Source: Macrostomum lignano
Taxonomy: Eukaryota
DNA length: 64,000 nucleotides
Direction of reading: 5' to 3'
NCBI GenBank assembly: GCA_002269645.1
Contig: NIVC01000746.1
Span: forward strand, 62,001 to 126,000
Shown here: piece by piece, positions 24,201 to 37,598 of the stretch
Layout: every line of letters starts with the position of its first letter
Numbering within the stretch: the stretch's first letter is position 1
Notes under the pieces: model-generated
The model's database searches: none
Seen by the model: the letters and a program-made list of their open reading frames with translations, nothing else
Told to the model about the DNA's origin: nothing
Position numbers and translations under genes: made by a program

Positions 24201-27136
24201 AGCCTACAAAGGCAAAAAATCCGCCCCCTGGTGGCACCCGGCGCTCGGATCCCTCCGGCGCAAGGCAAAGTGCTTCCAACGGAAAGCTCGCAAGAGCAAG
24301 GACCCAGCTGACCTGGCCGCCTATCAAGAAGCGATCCGCGACTTTAAGCGTGAAACCAGGAAAGCCAAGTCCGACAAATGGCGCCAATACTGCGCGGAGT
24401 TAGAAGGCACCCGCCCTACTTCGCGCGTAGTTAAGGCTCTCACCCTCGACAAAATGTCAAAGCTCTCAGTCATTAAAAGACCGGACGGCCGGCTCGCTGA
24501 GAACCCTGGGGAATCGCTGGACATTATGCTCACCAGCTCTTTCCCACGTGCCGCACCGCAGCTAGGCCCACCGGACCACTCTCCGGGCGGACAGATCCTG
24601 GCTTCGACCATCATTACTAGAGAGAGGACGGCTCGCGCCGCAAAATCCTTCTCTCCTTTCAAGTCCCCGGGTCCTGACAACATTTATCCTGCCTTCCTTC
24701 ACGAGGCAGTTAAAAATGACAGGTTTCTGGGCCTCCTCTGCAACCTCTTCAAGGTCAGCATTACCCTCGGGTATGTGCCAAAAGCCTGGCAAGAGGCTAC
24801 GGTTGTCTTCATACCCAAGCCAGGAAAGGGAGACTATCACTCCGCCAAAGCTTACCGCCCTATCAGTCTGACGTCCTTCTTCCTCAAACTGATGGAACGG
24901 CTGGTGCTCTGGCGCCTTCTCCTCGTTGAGCTGAGGAACTCCCCGCTCTCCCCTAATCAGCACGCCTTTCGTCCTGGACGTTCCATCGAAAGTGCGCTGC
25001 ACGCCATTGTCGACAAGGCAGTGGATACGCGCTGTCGCTTTTCCTCGACATTGATGGTGCTTTTAACAATGTGCTCTTTGAAGCCTTTAAGCGAGCCCTG
25101 GAATCTCGGGGCACGCACGAGCACCTCATCCGCTGGATCATGTACATGGTCTCCCATCGTACTGCCACCTCGCACCTCCTGGGACACTCACGCTCCGTGG
25201 AAGTCCAGAAAGGCGGACCGCAAGGTGGAGTCCTCAGCCCGATCCTCTGGAATTTAGTCATGGACGAGCTGCTTTGCAGCCCGCATCCGGACCCTGTTCA
25301 GAAGGTCGGCTATGCGGACGATGTTACCGCCACTGTGGCTGGACCATCGCCCGTGGTCCTCAGGGACATCCTTCAAGCCTTTATCCACCGTGCCGAGCGC
25401 TGGGCACATAGCTGCGGTCTCAGGTTCTCTGAGTCTAAAACCGTGGCTGTCATGTTCACCAGCCGCCGAAACTGGAGGATCGAACCGCTCTCCCTCTACG
25501 GCAAACCTGTTGCCATGGAGAAACAAACTAGATGTCTGGGCGTCACCCTCGACCACAGGTTGAGCTGGACCCCGCACGTCCAAACTAAAGCCCGCAAAGC
25601 TCTCGCGACTCTCGCGCAGATCCGCAGAGCTTTCGGTGCTACCTGGGGCCTCACCCCCCGCCGCCTCTGGTGGATTTACACTGCCATTGTTAGACCGGCC
25701 ATCTCCTTCGCCGGCTTCATTTGGAACAGTGCCCTAGAGGTGAAAGGGGTTCTTGAGGTTTTAAATAGGGTGCAAAGGCCGCGCTTGTCGAGCTATCATG
25801 AGCGCGGCTCCCTCAACGCCCTTCGCTGGCATGAACTCCTTCTTGGACATTCCCCCCCCTCGACCTCTTTGTTAGAGGGGAGGCTATGAAAACCACCCGT
25901 CGTCTGCTTGACGCGAGTGTCCAAATCGAGAAGCAGTTTGCCTTCAGAAAGCGGAACCTCCGGCCGCATGGCGACCTCAGCCTGCGAGACCTGGAAGCAG
26001 CGAGAGGCCTGCTGACCCTCTCGGACGGAATCCCGTCCACGCTCTGCCCCCCGCTCAAATTCAAAACAGCATTCCACCACGCCATGAAGCGAGAGACAAC
26101 TGGAAACCCCATGAAATCCACTGCTTCACTGACGGGTCCCAAATCAACTCCGCCTCTGGATACGGCTACTGCATCGTGTCTGGAGGGAGAACTGCGGCGA
26201 CCTTCTCCCAACACACCGGCACCTGCTCCACCGTCTTCCAGAACGAAGTTTTCGCCATCAGCTCCTGCGCCATGGAGCTGTACAATCAGCGCGTCTGGGG
26301 GAAGGAAATTACCCTCCACTCGGACAGTCAAGCGGCGATTCACGCCCTTGAGCGCACCACCACCTGCTCGCGTACAGTCCTCGACTGAATCGGGCAGCTC
26401 AACCGCTTAGGCGCCTCCAACAAGGTGTCCCTAAGGTGGATCCCCGGGCATTCGGGCCACCCCGGCAACGAGCTGGCCGATCGCCTGGCCAAGGCTGGCT
26501 CGACCGGTTCTTTTACTGGTCGCCTGCCCGTGGCCCCCACCCCCATCGCCGTTGTCACCACTCGGATCAACCAGTGGGTAACTTCTAAGCACAGGGAGAG
26601 GTGGGCTAACGCCCCCGACTGCCGGCAATCCCGCGCGGCTGTCCCCTGTCCCTCCCCCGCCCTACGCAGGGCCCTGCTTGGACTCAACCGCAGGGACATC
26701 AGGGCGGTTACCATGGCCCTCTCGGGTCATGGCTGCTTTGCCAGGCATCGTTACCTCCAGGAGAAAATCCGCAGTGAGGAATGCCCTTTCTGCCTCTCCG
26801 GTGTCGAGAATGCGGAGCACTTCATCTGTGAATGCCCCGCCTTTACTCAGGACAGGCTCACCTACCTCGGCCCAAACCCGGACCTCTCCGACGTTTTCAG
26901 GCCCGAGAATCTCTGCCAGCTCGTCCGCTACCTAAGGGCTACCGGGCGAGCGACAATCCACCTCCTGGACTCTCCGGAGGGGGACCGCGCTGCGGACGCC
27001 GGCGCCACCGGAACTCCCTGCGCGACACCGCAGCACTAGCTGCCCGTGGTCGCCAGGGGTTAGCGAAATGGGCGGCAACGCCTCCTCGCTGTTTCCGGAC
27101 GCACGGAGCCCCCTGCAGCTAAGTCAAGTAAGTCAA
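21255..27136 (+). mobile_element. Full-length non-LTR retrotransposon, LOA/R1-group (ORF1; ORF2 with APE, RT, RNase H, CCHC), multiple frameshifts
   Basis: 13-bp TSD GGGACATCCGTGC at 21242-21254 and 27137-27149; 3' tail TAAGTCAAGTAAGTCAA. ORF1 starts at ATG 21856. APE: ILQLNLHHC…LLQEPW, GDIN, SDHR. RT: KSPGPDNIY, PQGGVLSP, YADD at 25311. RNase H: TVFQNEV…SDSQAA…[15 protein letters not shown]. Zinc finger: CPFC…HFICEC. In-frame TGA at 26386. Confidence 0.95.
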
Positions 27137-27390
27137 GGGACATCCGTGCATTTTCACTGGTGCTCCTGTGTGTGCTCGTGCGTTTGTGTGTGTTTTTGGC
27201 CTCCTTGCTCTCCGTTTGTCCCTCTACGGTCTGATTGGCTGTCTCGATCTGTGTGCGTTTTTAATTCTTATCTCTCCACCCCACCCTGCGTTTTGGTCGC
27301 CTACCCCCACCCCAATTCCAGGGCTCATTTTTCCTGTTTTCTCTCTCAAGTCTTGTGCATGCTTGATCCGTCTGATTCAACTTGAGTAAA
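27137..27390. repeat. Right half of the dispersed repeat split by the LINE
   Basis: ATTTTCACTGG…GTTTGTGTGTGTT…TTTAATTCTTAT…TTTTGGTCGCC.ACCCCCACCC aligns with about 37655-37770. Confidence 0.8.
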
Positions 27391-27889
27391 ATGGTAGAAA
27401 TTGTACCAGTGCTAGGCAAGGACTACTCAAATAGAAGCAGGGGCTGGTTTACGCCAAAAAAAGCACTACGGAGATAGAAAGTTTTAATTTTTTCAGCACA
27501 AAAATTTTTATTGCTTTTGATAGGAGGCAGACCCAATGTTAATAGCTTGATTTTTGTGCCTTTCTTATAGCTCTATTGATATTTATACAAGCTGTTGAAA
27601 CGCGCGGATTTTGAACCCGGGGAATTCTAATCCCCGGAACTACTTTTGCATGTATTCTGAAATCTAAGGCCATACACAAACAAATTAATAGTAGGATAGA
27701 GGTAGACATAAAATGGAGCACATTCGTGTAAAATTAGGGTTTGAGGCTAACGTTGATAATTAATATTGTTTGCTGGGGTACTCCACAGTCCACAGAATGC
27801 CAGGCAATGTCTGTCTGACTCTAAAACATGTATTGGCAAACTCTGGCCTCTCCCTGACTCTCCCTATGTCCCTTGGATCCTTTAAAATT

Positions 27890-28418
27890 TCTATCGTCTC
27901 TTTCCTTTCTTCTTTCTCATCCCTCGTCTCTCCTCTCTCCTCTCTCTTCTCTCCTCTCTCCTCTCTTCTCTTGTATCTTCCCTCATCTCTCTTCTGTTTC
28001 ATCTCTCTTCCCTATTCTTTTCTCTCTCATCTCCTCTCTCCTTTCTACTTTTCGTTTTTCTCTGCTCTCCTTTCTCCTCTCTACTCTTTCGTTTTCTCCC
28101 TCCTCTCCTCTCTCCTCTCTCCCCCTCTTCTCTCGTCTCTTCCTTCTCCTCTCTATTCTTTTCTCTCTTCTCCTAACTCTCTCCTCTACTCTCTCATCTC
28201 TCCTCTCTACTCTTTCCTCTCTCCCCTCTTCTCTCGTCTCTTCCCTCACCTCTTTCCTATCTTTCTTTCCTCTCATCTCTTTTCTTGTTTTATATCTTCT
28301 CTCTCCCCTCGTCGCTCGTCTCTTCCCTCACCTCTCTTCTCTCTCGTCTGCTCTTTCATCTCTCCTTTCTCTTCTTTTATCTTTTCTCTCTTATCTCTTC
28401 TCGTTTCTATCTGCTCTG

Positions 28419-28506
<88 letters not shown>

Positions 28507-29310
28507 CTCTCTTCTCCTCTCTACTCTCTCCCCTCTTCATTCTCCTATTTCCTCTTCTCTCTCCCTGTCTCTCTTCTCTCCTCTAGTCTCTGTAATATCT
28601 TCTCTCTTATCTCTCCTCTGTTCTCTGTACTCTCCCATCTCTCATCTGTTCATCTGCTCTCTCATCTGTCATCTTTACTCTCTTATACGTTCTCTCACTT
28701 ATCTCCTCTGTATTCTTCTCTTTCACCTCTTCTGACTCCTCTCTTTCCTTACTCCTCTCTTCTTTTCTCTTCCCCCTTCTATACCCTCTCTCTCCTCTAT
28801 TATTATCTCTCGTCTCTCTGCACTCTCCTCTCACCTTTTTCATCTCTCATCTCTTCTTTCATCTGTCTCATCTCTACAATCTCATCTTTTTCCTCTCTCC
28901 TCCTCTTCCCTTTACTCTCTCATCTCTCCTTTCTCCCATCTTCTTACACCCCTCTCTTATCTCTATCTCTTCTTTTCTCACCCCTTCTCTCCCCCTCTTA
29001 TCTCCTCTCTTTTCTATCCTTTCTACTCTCTCCTCTCTAATCTCTCCTCTCCTCTTGACCCTCTGTCATCTTCTTTCTGCTCTCTCATCTCTACTCTCTT
29101 CTCACTCTTCTCTACTCTCCTCTCATCGATCCTCTGTCTCATCTTTCCCCTCTTCTCACCTTTACTCTTTCCTCTCCCTCCTTTCTCCCCTCCTCTCGCT
29201 TCTTCCTCCCTTCTTCTCTGCTCTCTCCTCACCCCACTCGTCTCCTCATCTTATATCTTTTCTCTTATCCCCCTCTCGCCCCTCCTCCCTCTCTAATAGT
29301 CTATTCTTTT
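27890..29310. repeat. 1.4-kb polypyrimidine (CT-rich) low-complexity tract with a pure (CT)n core at about 28422-28503
   Basis: Direct reading; the L/S/F-rich and E/R-rich ORFs are compositional artefacts. Confidence 0.95.
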
Positions 29311-30019
29311 TCCTTTTCACTCTCATCTGGCCCGCAGCCCTGAGCTGGATTCTTTATCTGGCCTTTGAGATAAAAATCTGCCGATCCCTGCTTCGAAATA
29401 TCATGGGACATAGTACTATCATGGTTGTTATCATTTCTCATGCTTTAATCACGTCATCTTTCTGGCCAATTAGCAGCCCTGAGAGGAATCTGTGTATCTC
29501 CATTCTCCAGCTCCACCACCACAGTCTGCAGCAGTCTAACAACCAAAGAAATACGCATTTCTTAGGAGACCATTTAAATTTTAAAGTACCTTATGCGAAT
29601 CTTAATGTTAAAATTTTCATGGTGTAACTAATTTAGTAGGATAGTAGGATTGCATTGTAATCAGTTATTCATTAATTTTTCGCTATTTTTACAAACCATC
29701 CCACATAGCCTTGATTTGCCATCCTTGTTTAACTGCTGCGACTTGTCTATACAGAGGACAGTAGATTGAATCCCTCGCTAAACTCTCTCCTCTCCACGCC
29801 TCTCCACTCGCGGGGGTACAGAGAAGGCTATTAAAAAGTTATTCCAAAACACTGTACATTCGCTATGTACATTGAGCCCTATCGCCTGATCCTTCGTCTG
29901 GGGGAATGAGTTGGATGAGCGGCAAACAACAGAAAATGCAGACAGACTTCACATGCCTACAGTTTCTGTTCTGATTGAGATACAGAGTTGAGACTTTACA
30001 ATTAGACAGAGAATAAGTC

Positions 30020-30560
30020 AATAAAGAATTGTGTCAAATTTGAAGTTAATCGCTTTACGTGGAGCAAACTTATAGCAGCCGAAAGTTAGTCAATTTAAAA
30101 CCTATTTACACCCTTTGTCCAGATCGGGAAAGAGAGGCAGGCGGGCGGAGGTTGGGGTGGCTGCCTCGCTGAAAAAAACAGCCTAACTTTAAAAGTGCAC
30201 AACGCCGTTCAGAATTAACTTTAAAACTCGAAATTTTACACGATTGTGTCAAAATAGTTGAAGATTGGGTGTGTCAAATTTGAAGAGAATCGGTTGAAGT
30301 GGCGCGGCGCTATGGGGGATTTAGTAAAAAAAATCGCGCATTTTGAGCAGTTTTTTGTACTTTTAGGTGGGAAGACTTGAGTCTAGGAAATTTAAATGTA
30401 GCCTAAGACATTCTCCGTAGTAAGTTTAGGGTGGGTGTAAAGTTTGGTGTCATTTGGTTGAGCGGTTTGGGAGTCCATAGCGATCAAAATTGTCCACAGA
30501 CAGACAGACAGACACACAGACAGACAGACAGAGTTTTGGTTTTTATAGGTATAGAAAAGC
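30020..30560 (+). mobile_element. Possible non-autonomous Helitron/Helentron-type element
   Basis: Repeated GTGTCAAATTTGAAG..AATCG motifs followed by a (CAGA)n microsatellite and TTTTATAGGTATAG, an arrangement resembling DINE-1/Lep1-like elements. Family resemblance only. Confidence 0.35.
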
Positions 30561-31088
30561 TTTTCGTTCAAAAATACGAATTCTATTCTATTATATGTCA
30601 TATGCCTAAAACCATTAAAATAGCATTGCTCGACTCATTGATTTTATGAATCTACGAATATTTATCCTTCTTAGCTGACTGTGTAACAATATGTGTAACA
30701 GAGATGAGAAATGGATTCATACAACCAAAGAGTCGAGCAGTGCAATGCACTTTTATAATTTTTAGGGACAGGAAATGTACGTAGAATAAAATATTGACAT
30801 AGTATCGATCATTTTTGCTAGGGTCAACGTGGAATCGGACTTCGTTAAATAAATCCGTTTTATTTGTAAACTTTTAGGGGAATGACTCTGGGTATCGTGC
30901 TCTTCTACTAGTCTGCAGTTTTACAAAAGAAATCAGTTACTTAGGCGTTACTTTTGAACTCGTGCACTGCTAAATAAGTATGGAAAGATAGAATAGCAGA
31001 TTAAGAAAAGAGAAGTACGGCTCGTATCTAATTTGAAGACCAAATTAAAAATGATTTTTCATCCATTTCAGTAATCCTTTGGGATCCG

Positions 31089-32330
31089 TCATTGCTTCAA
31101 GCCGGATACGACCGGAACAAGAACGCGCCAATGATGACGGCAGTGGCGGTCACTCCGAATAGCATCAGCAATCTCTCCACAGCTCGGGTCGCCACGGCCC
31201 AGTCCGACTCGGTCGGAGCATCGCAAACTTCTTCCGTCTTGTCTCGATCTGAAGCGTCGGCGGGCGACGGGCCCACCCGGTTCAGGCAGAGCAGGCGGCC
31301 CAGGAATTGGACGAAGACCGCTCGGGCGCAGGCCGACATGCGCGCGGTCGGCGACGCGAAGTGGAACCGCATGGTCAGCGACGTCAGCAGCAGCCGTGAT
31401 GAACAGGGCGATGGCCGGCATGTCCTCCGACTTCGGCAGAATTCCGTCAAGCAGGAGCAGGAACACAGTGTAGCTGAGCATGATGGTGACGCCGAATCCC
31501 AGCTTCTCACCGGAGTCAAGAGGCACAAAGTACAGCAGCAACTGCAGCAGAGTTAGAAGTAGTAGCGGAATGATCACATTAACTATGTAATACGTCGAAA
31601 CGCGCTTTATCTTCAGTGTTAGATGAAAAACGTTTATTGGAAAGATTTTGATCTCAAAAATGTAGTAATATTTTTTTTTAACTTCGGTAGTGGCTTCAGT
31701 CAGAATCCATTCGCTGCTCTCCCTGTATATCGCAGTGATATTGTACCGAATTTCCGGATTAGCGATCACTGGTCGAATAAAGCGTTGGTATTCCAAGTCA
31801 TTCAAGAACAGCAGAAGGCTACAGGAGTGATAATCAAATGGAAAATCAGCCATAACAAATTTGCAATAGAATTCGAACTCCCGACGCCATATGGTAGTCA
31901 CCGAAGTCAAATTTTCGTTGACCGAATTCAGCCCAACGTGGCTAAACGGCACCAGGACTTGCTCGGCACCATTGCCGTTGTATAGCATTATTTCTGGATG
32001 CCAAATGAGGGAAGCGTCCCATCGGGTGTAATTGAGGCCACCAAAGTCAGCCGGCTTCCACACGAGCCGCTCTTCGTCTCTGGTCGTCTCCAAAAACAGC
32101 GACACTGTCATGCTCTGCTGTGCCGTGTCCACCGACACGATGTGGCTGAGCATGGCATTGAACGATACGTCGAGCATCTTGTTGCGACTCGTAGTCCAGT
32201 TGATTCTCGGGAACAGCGCAGGACTGAACCCAGGAATGTTTTTCAGGTATCGCTGGAGATTCGCTTCGAAGTCGGTAGCAGCCGAAGCAGCTGTCAGAAG
32301 ACAGAGCAGCACTGAGGCAACAGTCAGCAT
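31089..32330 (-). pseudogene. Intronless nAChR-like Cys-loop subunit, copy A, 26-bp frameshift deletion in M3
   Basis: About 98% identical to copy B. The 26 bp at 38466-38491 of copy B are missing between 31394 and 31395, so M3 and M4 are replaced by an out-of-frame tail. The correct M3-M4 sequence continues in frame 31097-31394. Confidence 0.85.
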
Positions 32331-33051
32331 TCTGCTTGCCCACAGGTCCTATTCTGTTTGTGTCTCGTAGTAGCAAAGAACGAAGTAAGTATCTGACTAA
32401 ATATGCTACTGCATCTTGGAGCAAATATTTGCCGAAATTGAATGCATCACCCACTGGTTGCAATTAATGCTGAAAATGTCAAATAAGTCCTGATTTAAAT
32501 ACGGAGCATGTATTAGCATTGGGCTGCATTGATTTCCGTCTCTCTTTCCGTCGCAAGAAATCGCAAGAATAATTTCCTGTTTTTGGTAAATTATCCATTT
32601 TCTGAAACTTGCTTAAAAATATGCCAGTAAGTGGCTACTGCGAAATTAACGATTTCTTATACGCGTAACTCCATACTCCCTGCACGTTTATTGACAAGCT
32701 AAATCTATTGCAGCTTTTGGGGTCTGAGTTTGTCACTTAATCAATATTTTCAATATTTGTTAGGTTGTAAGCGGAAGCTGATACGTAATAAAACGGCTCT
32801 TTTCAGGGCTGTAACTATTTTGTCAGTATGTAGATACAGATAATCTACATGATTGGTTGACAATAATTGCTGTAGACCCAATAAAATTAAATATGTGATT
32901 GAGCAGCAAAAATGCTGTGCAGCGGGTTGTGCAGCGTGCAGTGGACGGTGTGGCGGAAAACAAGGTAATGATTTCAATGATTCACAAGCACTTGGAATGA
33001 CGCTTTTACCATGAAACTATATTCTAGTTATCTATAATTTCGAAATTAATA

Positions 33052-33808
33052 TAGCTTTTTGCAGCTTATTTGGGCTTACGCGCATTAAATTTAATCCAAG
33101 ATAGGTTTGCCAATGTAATGGAGCTTTTGTCTATGGTAGCAAGGCTGGCGCAGCGGCATTTAACTTGGTCCAACAAGCATCAATTTGGTCCAAATGCTTG
33201 TGAGCCAATGGCAAACTCTTGCCTTCTCGCAACCGCCTAAGGGTTGTTGCGCACCGCTGGAATGTCAGCGTCTGTACCAGCAATTTCAGTCGCTTTTCCA
33301 GAGCTCTGCTGATAGTCCAAATCTGATAACCAACTGGAACTGTTCCTTCAACTGCTGCTGCATTTTCTGCAACGTCAAAAAAGTATTTGTCTCAATTGCA
33401 TTAAGTAGCAGTTAGACCTGAGTCTCTAGCAACTTGCCTTGGCGATTGCCACCTTTCACAGGCGACCTATGCCAGAAGTGGTTTCAACACGCTGATGGAT
33501 GCTGTAAATCATCTTTATTCTATATTCAGCAACCTTGCAATGTCCTTTGGGTGTTCACCTCTGTTGAGTGCTTTGATCACAAGCCATCGGCATACGTTCG
33601 ACAACCTAGCATGGTCCACAACTCTGGGGCTGATCCTGCTCCTCCGCAACAGTTGCAAATAAAGCTATGGACCAAATTGATGCTTGTTGGACTAAATTAA
33701 GTGCCGCTGTGGCAGCCTTGCTACCATAGACGAAAGCCCTGTTACATTGGCAAACCTATCTTGGATTAAATTAAATGCGCGTAAGCCCAAATGGGCTGCA
33801 AAAAGCTA
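33052..33808 (-). mobile_element. Internally deleted Tc1/mariner (IS630-like) element with long TIRs
   Basis: About 141-bp inverted repeats (33052-33192 and 33668-33808, roughly 90% identical), TA-flanked. The interior encodes a broken HTH region (RWLVIKALNRGEHPKDIARLLNI…KGGNRQGKL…LTLQKMQQQLKEQFQLVI…TISRAL). No DDE domain. Confidence 0.8.
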
Positions 33809-35739
33809 TATAGAATGAAAGCCGACATGTCTAATAGAGACAGAGTATAACTCAAATTTTATACACAGTTTTCTGTCTTTCTTTGATTTGTGCATTTATT
33901 TCATAGTAATTACAATTCCATAGTCCAGAACCCGAGACCAAAAACTCTGTCACAGTGTCCCAGGAATGGTTGGCGACGCCCCGCAACATCGCGGCCAGTA
34001 GAAGTCGATCACTTTTCTCAGCCCCTCGGAGCTTCACTTCTTTTCGGCGATTCCGAAGCACTTCACACAGTATTATCGCTTGAAATGGTGGTCTCGTGAA
34101 GATGAAAATCCTAAATTCAGCTTTCATCCGAGACTCCGACTACTACCATATGAATCGTACATAGATTGGTATCGAAAAAAATCTTAATTTTTATGCTCAC
34201 ATTAAAACAAATCGGCTCATTGTAATAGATGTCTCTCACCACAGCTTCCCTTTGCAGCACGAGGCGCATAAATTATTGTTCAAATTCTTGTGAACTCGAA
34301 TTAGCTTTCCCGATGACGAAAACTTGCAGGCATCAATCCAAGAAAGTCTGTCCGTGGCGTTTCCATTTTCCATGTAGTGAACCGCATAGAAGATCCTGAC
34401 TCCTGAGGGTCGCCATCGCTACCATCGGTCCAGCTGTAGGTCTGGTCGGAGAGTCAGTCGAGCTCCCTGCCAATCCAAGCGTGCGTGCAGTTGGCCAGCC
34501 GTCCAACCAGAGTGTTCTCGTGCTCCGATCCGATGGACACCAGGTGACCTCGTTAAGAGCGGTAGGTCTGCTCAGCCTGAAACCAGTACTGCGGACTGCT
34601 GAACCACTTGTAGCAGGAGGCACCTCGGGGCAGCCAGTGAGACTGCGGGCACTGAAACTGAGCCTGAGACCAGCAGGGCTGTGCTCAATGTCAAAACCAG
34701 TAATGGGACCTTAAGTCACAATTTTTCTTAGTCTGGCGACCTCTCTATATATTAGAAGCAATAAACTATTGAACCAATGCAAAAATGATCAGATGCAACC
34801 GAAAATTCTTTATTTTTCACTTCGCAACTGGCTTGAAAGCGTCTTACCTTGATAACGTTTTAGCATTTTACGAGTATGTCACAGCGTTCTGTCAGACAAG
34901 AGACATACTGAAGACCAGCGGCTTGGGACTCCGGCTTTGCCAGATAATATTTTTCACGCGAATGCTTCTTTTTTTGCGATACTCGCACTGTGCCCCTTGC
35001 TGTTCGCTTTCACACCTATGACAGCTCGCAAAGATGCTCTCGATTTTGTAATTCAGTGTAAGTAAAGCTTATTCGTCTTTTACGCTCGTATTTTTGTTCT
35101 TTTTGTGCCGATTTCCGCACACTAAATTGTACTTCGAGAAACAAAATTGAAAGGACGTAGAAGGAACGTAGGACGCAGGTGTTAAGAAGGTTTATTGAGA
35201 TTCACTGGTTGGGGTGACCATGCAGTCTTTTGTTCTAATTGTCCTTTGCCATGCAGAAAGAAGCCTTGTGACTTTATGAGTCAAAATGCATTGAAAAGCA
35301 GATGGAGAAGCAGGGTATCAGCTGCCACAGATTTTTACCAGCTCAGCGAAGTACAGCTGATTTTCGATGATAATGTTATTATCCGAATGGCTTAGACAAA
35401 ATAATCGATATTGCAAGGCCAGTGAAGACTCCCATTCGATCTGATTTGTTCGAGTAATTTTCTAATTTAATGCAAAGTGTCTGAAATGTCATATGTGAAG
35501 TTATGAGCCGAGTACGCAAACGAGACGAGTATTTGCAAATTGGAAGTAGAAATACACACGCGAACTCTTAAGCGCGGTGTCGCAGTATTTATTAAATTGA
35601 ACTCACTGAGTCAGCATAAACTACTAGATTGAGATTAGGGGCGGTTGCCGCACTGGCCAACAGAGAGAGAAAGTGAATTAGATAACTCCAGCCCCCAAGC
35701 CCCAAAAATAACAAATAACAAATAACAAATAACAAATAA

Positions 35740-37585
35740 TAATATGAGTGAACTTTTAAGTGGCCAATGCCATACAGCGGCCGGTGGTTGGTTGGCCTCC
35801 GGCAGCGAGCTCGTCAGCAGCTGGTCCATGTGCCACCGATGGAGAGCGCTGCCGACCTCAACGTCGCAGTTGCGGGATCCAGCGGACACGACGCTGCCCT
35901 CCGCCCAGCGGGTGCCGTCGCCAGCCTTAGCGTTGGAGCTGAAGTCGCACAGTAGAAGTCGGTCGCCGATTTGAAACTCGCGCGCATGCGGCTGCTGCTC
36001 GACCTGCCGCTCTTGGCGCTGCTGCATGCTGTTCGTCAGCGATGGGATCAGCAGGTCCAGCCGAATGCGCAGTCTGCGGCCGATGAACAGCTGGCTGGGA
36101 GCTTCGCCGGTTGGGAGCAGTCGTAACCGGCCAAACGGATCGCCCAGTGCTGCATGCGAGCAACCGCGTGCTCTGGAATCGCCTTGTTTTCGCCGAGGAG
36201 CCCTAGGAGCGGCTTATGGTCGGTCACAAGGACGAACTTGCAGCCTTGGAGGATCTGGTTGAAGCGCTGGAGGCCGAACATGATCGCTAACGCCTCTTTG
36301 TCCAACTGCGAGTAGCCCTTTTGAGCCTTCGTCAGACTGAGGCTGGCGAAGGCAATGGCTCGGTCTTGGCCGTCCACTCGGTGCGTCAGCACCACGCCGA
36401 GACCATAGGGGCTGGCGTCGCACTCGAGCCGCAACGGCAGCTTGGCGTCGTAATGCATCAGCACCGGAGACTCGAGCAGAAGACACTTGGACTTCTCGAA
36501 GGCTATCTGCTGAGACTCCCCCCACGTCCAGTGCTTCTTAGTCAGCAGCTGATTCACGGGAGCGACCACCGTTGACAGATGAGGCAGGAATTTGCCGTAG
36601 TGCGTCAACATGCCCAAGTAAGCTCGGAGCTGACTGCAGTCTGCGGGTGACGGGGCGTCCTGCACCGCCGTCACCTTCTCCGTCAGCGGCCGCAGTCAGT
36701 TGCTGTCGATCCGGTGGCCCAAATACTTGACCGAATCGCGGAACAACTCGCCCTTGTCCTTGTTCAGCCTCCTGTATGCCTGTCACCAAGATGTCTTCCA
36801 CAAAGACTCGCACAGACTCCAGGTCACCGAGCAGCGAGTCTAGAGTGCGCTGGAATACCGCACTGGCGCAGTTGATGCCGAACGGCATGCGGGTTCAGCT
36901 GGTACAGGACTCGCTGTGTGTTGATGGTCAAGAAGGGCTTGCTGTCTTCAGACAACGGCAGCTGCAGGAAGGCGTTTGACATGTCCAGCTTGGACCATTT
37001 GCAACCGCCACCCAGCTTTGCAAACAAGTCCTCAATGCGCGGCAGTGGGTACAGCTCCGGCCTGGACTCTGCGTTGTAGGTGAGCTTGTAGTCGCCGCAA
37101 ATCCTCACCGAACCGTCCTTTTTGACAACTGACACAATCGGTGCAGCCTAGTCGGAATGTTTGACTGGCGTAATGATGCCGTCAGTCTCCATCCGTCGAA
37201 GTTCCTCGTCGACGCGCTCCCGGAGTGCATAGGGGACCGGCCTGGCCTTGAAAAAGCGCGGCTTCGCCTCGGTAGGCATGCGCAGTTTCACCTCGCCGTG
37301 CCGATAGGTGCCCAGGCCGCCTTGGAAGACCTCGGGGAACTGCGCGAGCAGATCAACTGCTTGTCCGGCCACTGAGTTGACTTGACCAAGGATCGTCGGC
37401 CAGTCCAGTCTCAGCTTTGTCAGCCAGTCGCGACCCAGTAGTGCGACGTCGCCTTGCTCGACCACAAGCAGCGTCAACCGCCGATCTTGGCGGTTGTGCT
37501 GAACTGCGACCTCTGCGTGTCCGATGGGTCGAAAACCCTCGCCCGTGTAGGTTCGCAGCACCGTGGATGTCGGCGACAGACCACG
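35740..37585 (-). mobile_element. Decayed Ty3/Gypsy pol fragment (protease C-terminus, RT, RNase H, integrase tail)
   Basis: LRTYTG…LLGRDW (protease end); ARPVPYALRERVDEEL, VRICGDYK, YPLPRIEDL, LDMSNAFLQL, FVEDILV (RT, mutated YxDD); ECDASPYGLG…YSQLDKEALA…TDHKPL (RNase H); FQIGDRL…RW.EG.V…HMDQL (integrase tail). Stop at 37148, frameshifts, integrase core deleted, no LTR pair identified. Confidence 0.92.
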
Positions 37586-37598
37586 ACAGAAAAAGAAA

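Noticed and set aside
27060-27136. HDV-like motifs (TCCTCGC and GCTAA) in the LINE 3' UTR
   Set aside because: P1 and P3 pairings could not be built, and the 3' location does not match known use.
27770-29627. L/S/F-rich and E/R/K-rich ORFs
   Set aside because: Compositional artefacts of the CT-rich tract.
34330-35190. Possible second Gypsy integrase tail (+ strand) and solo LTR
   Set aside because: Only faint motifs (RWTPG..V…RRH) and no matching second LTR, PBS or PPT; too weak to call.
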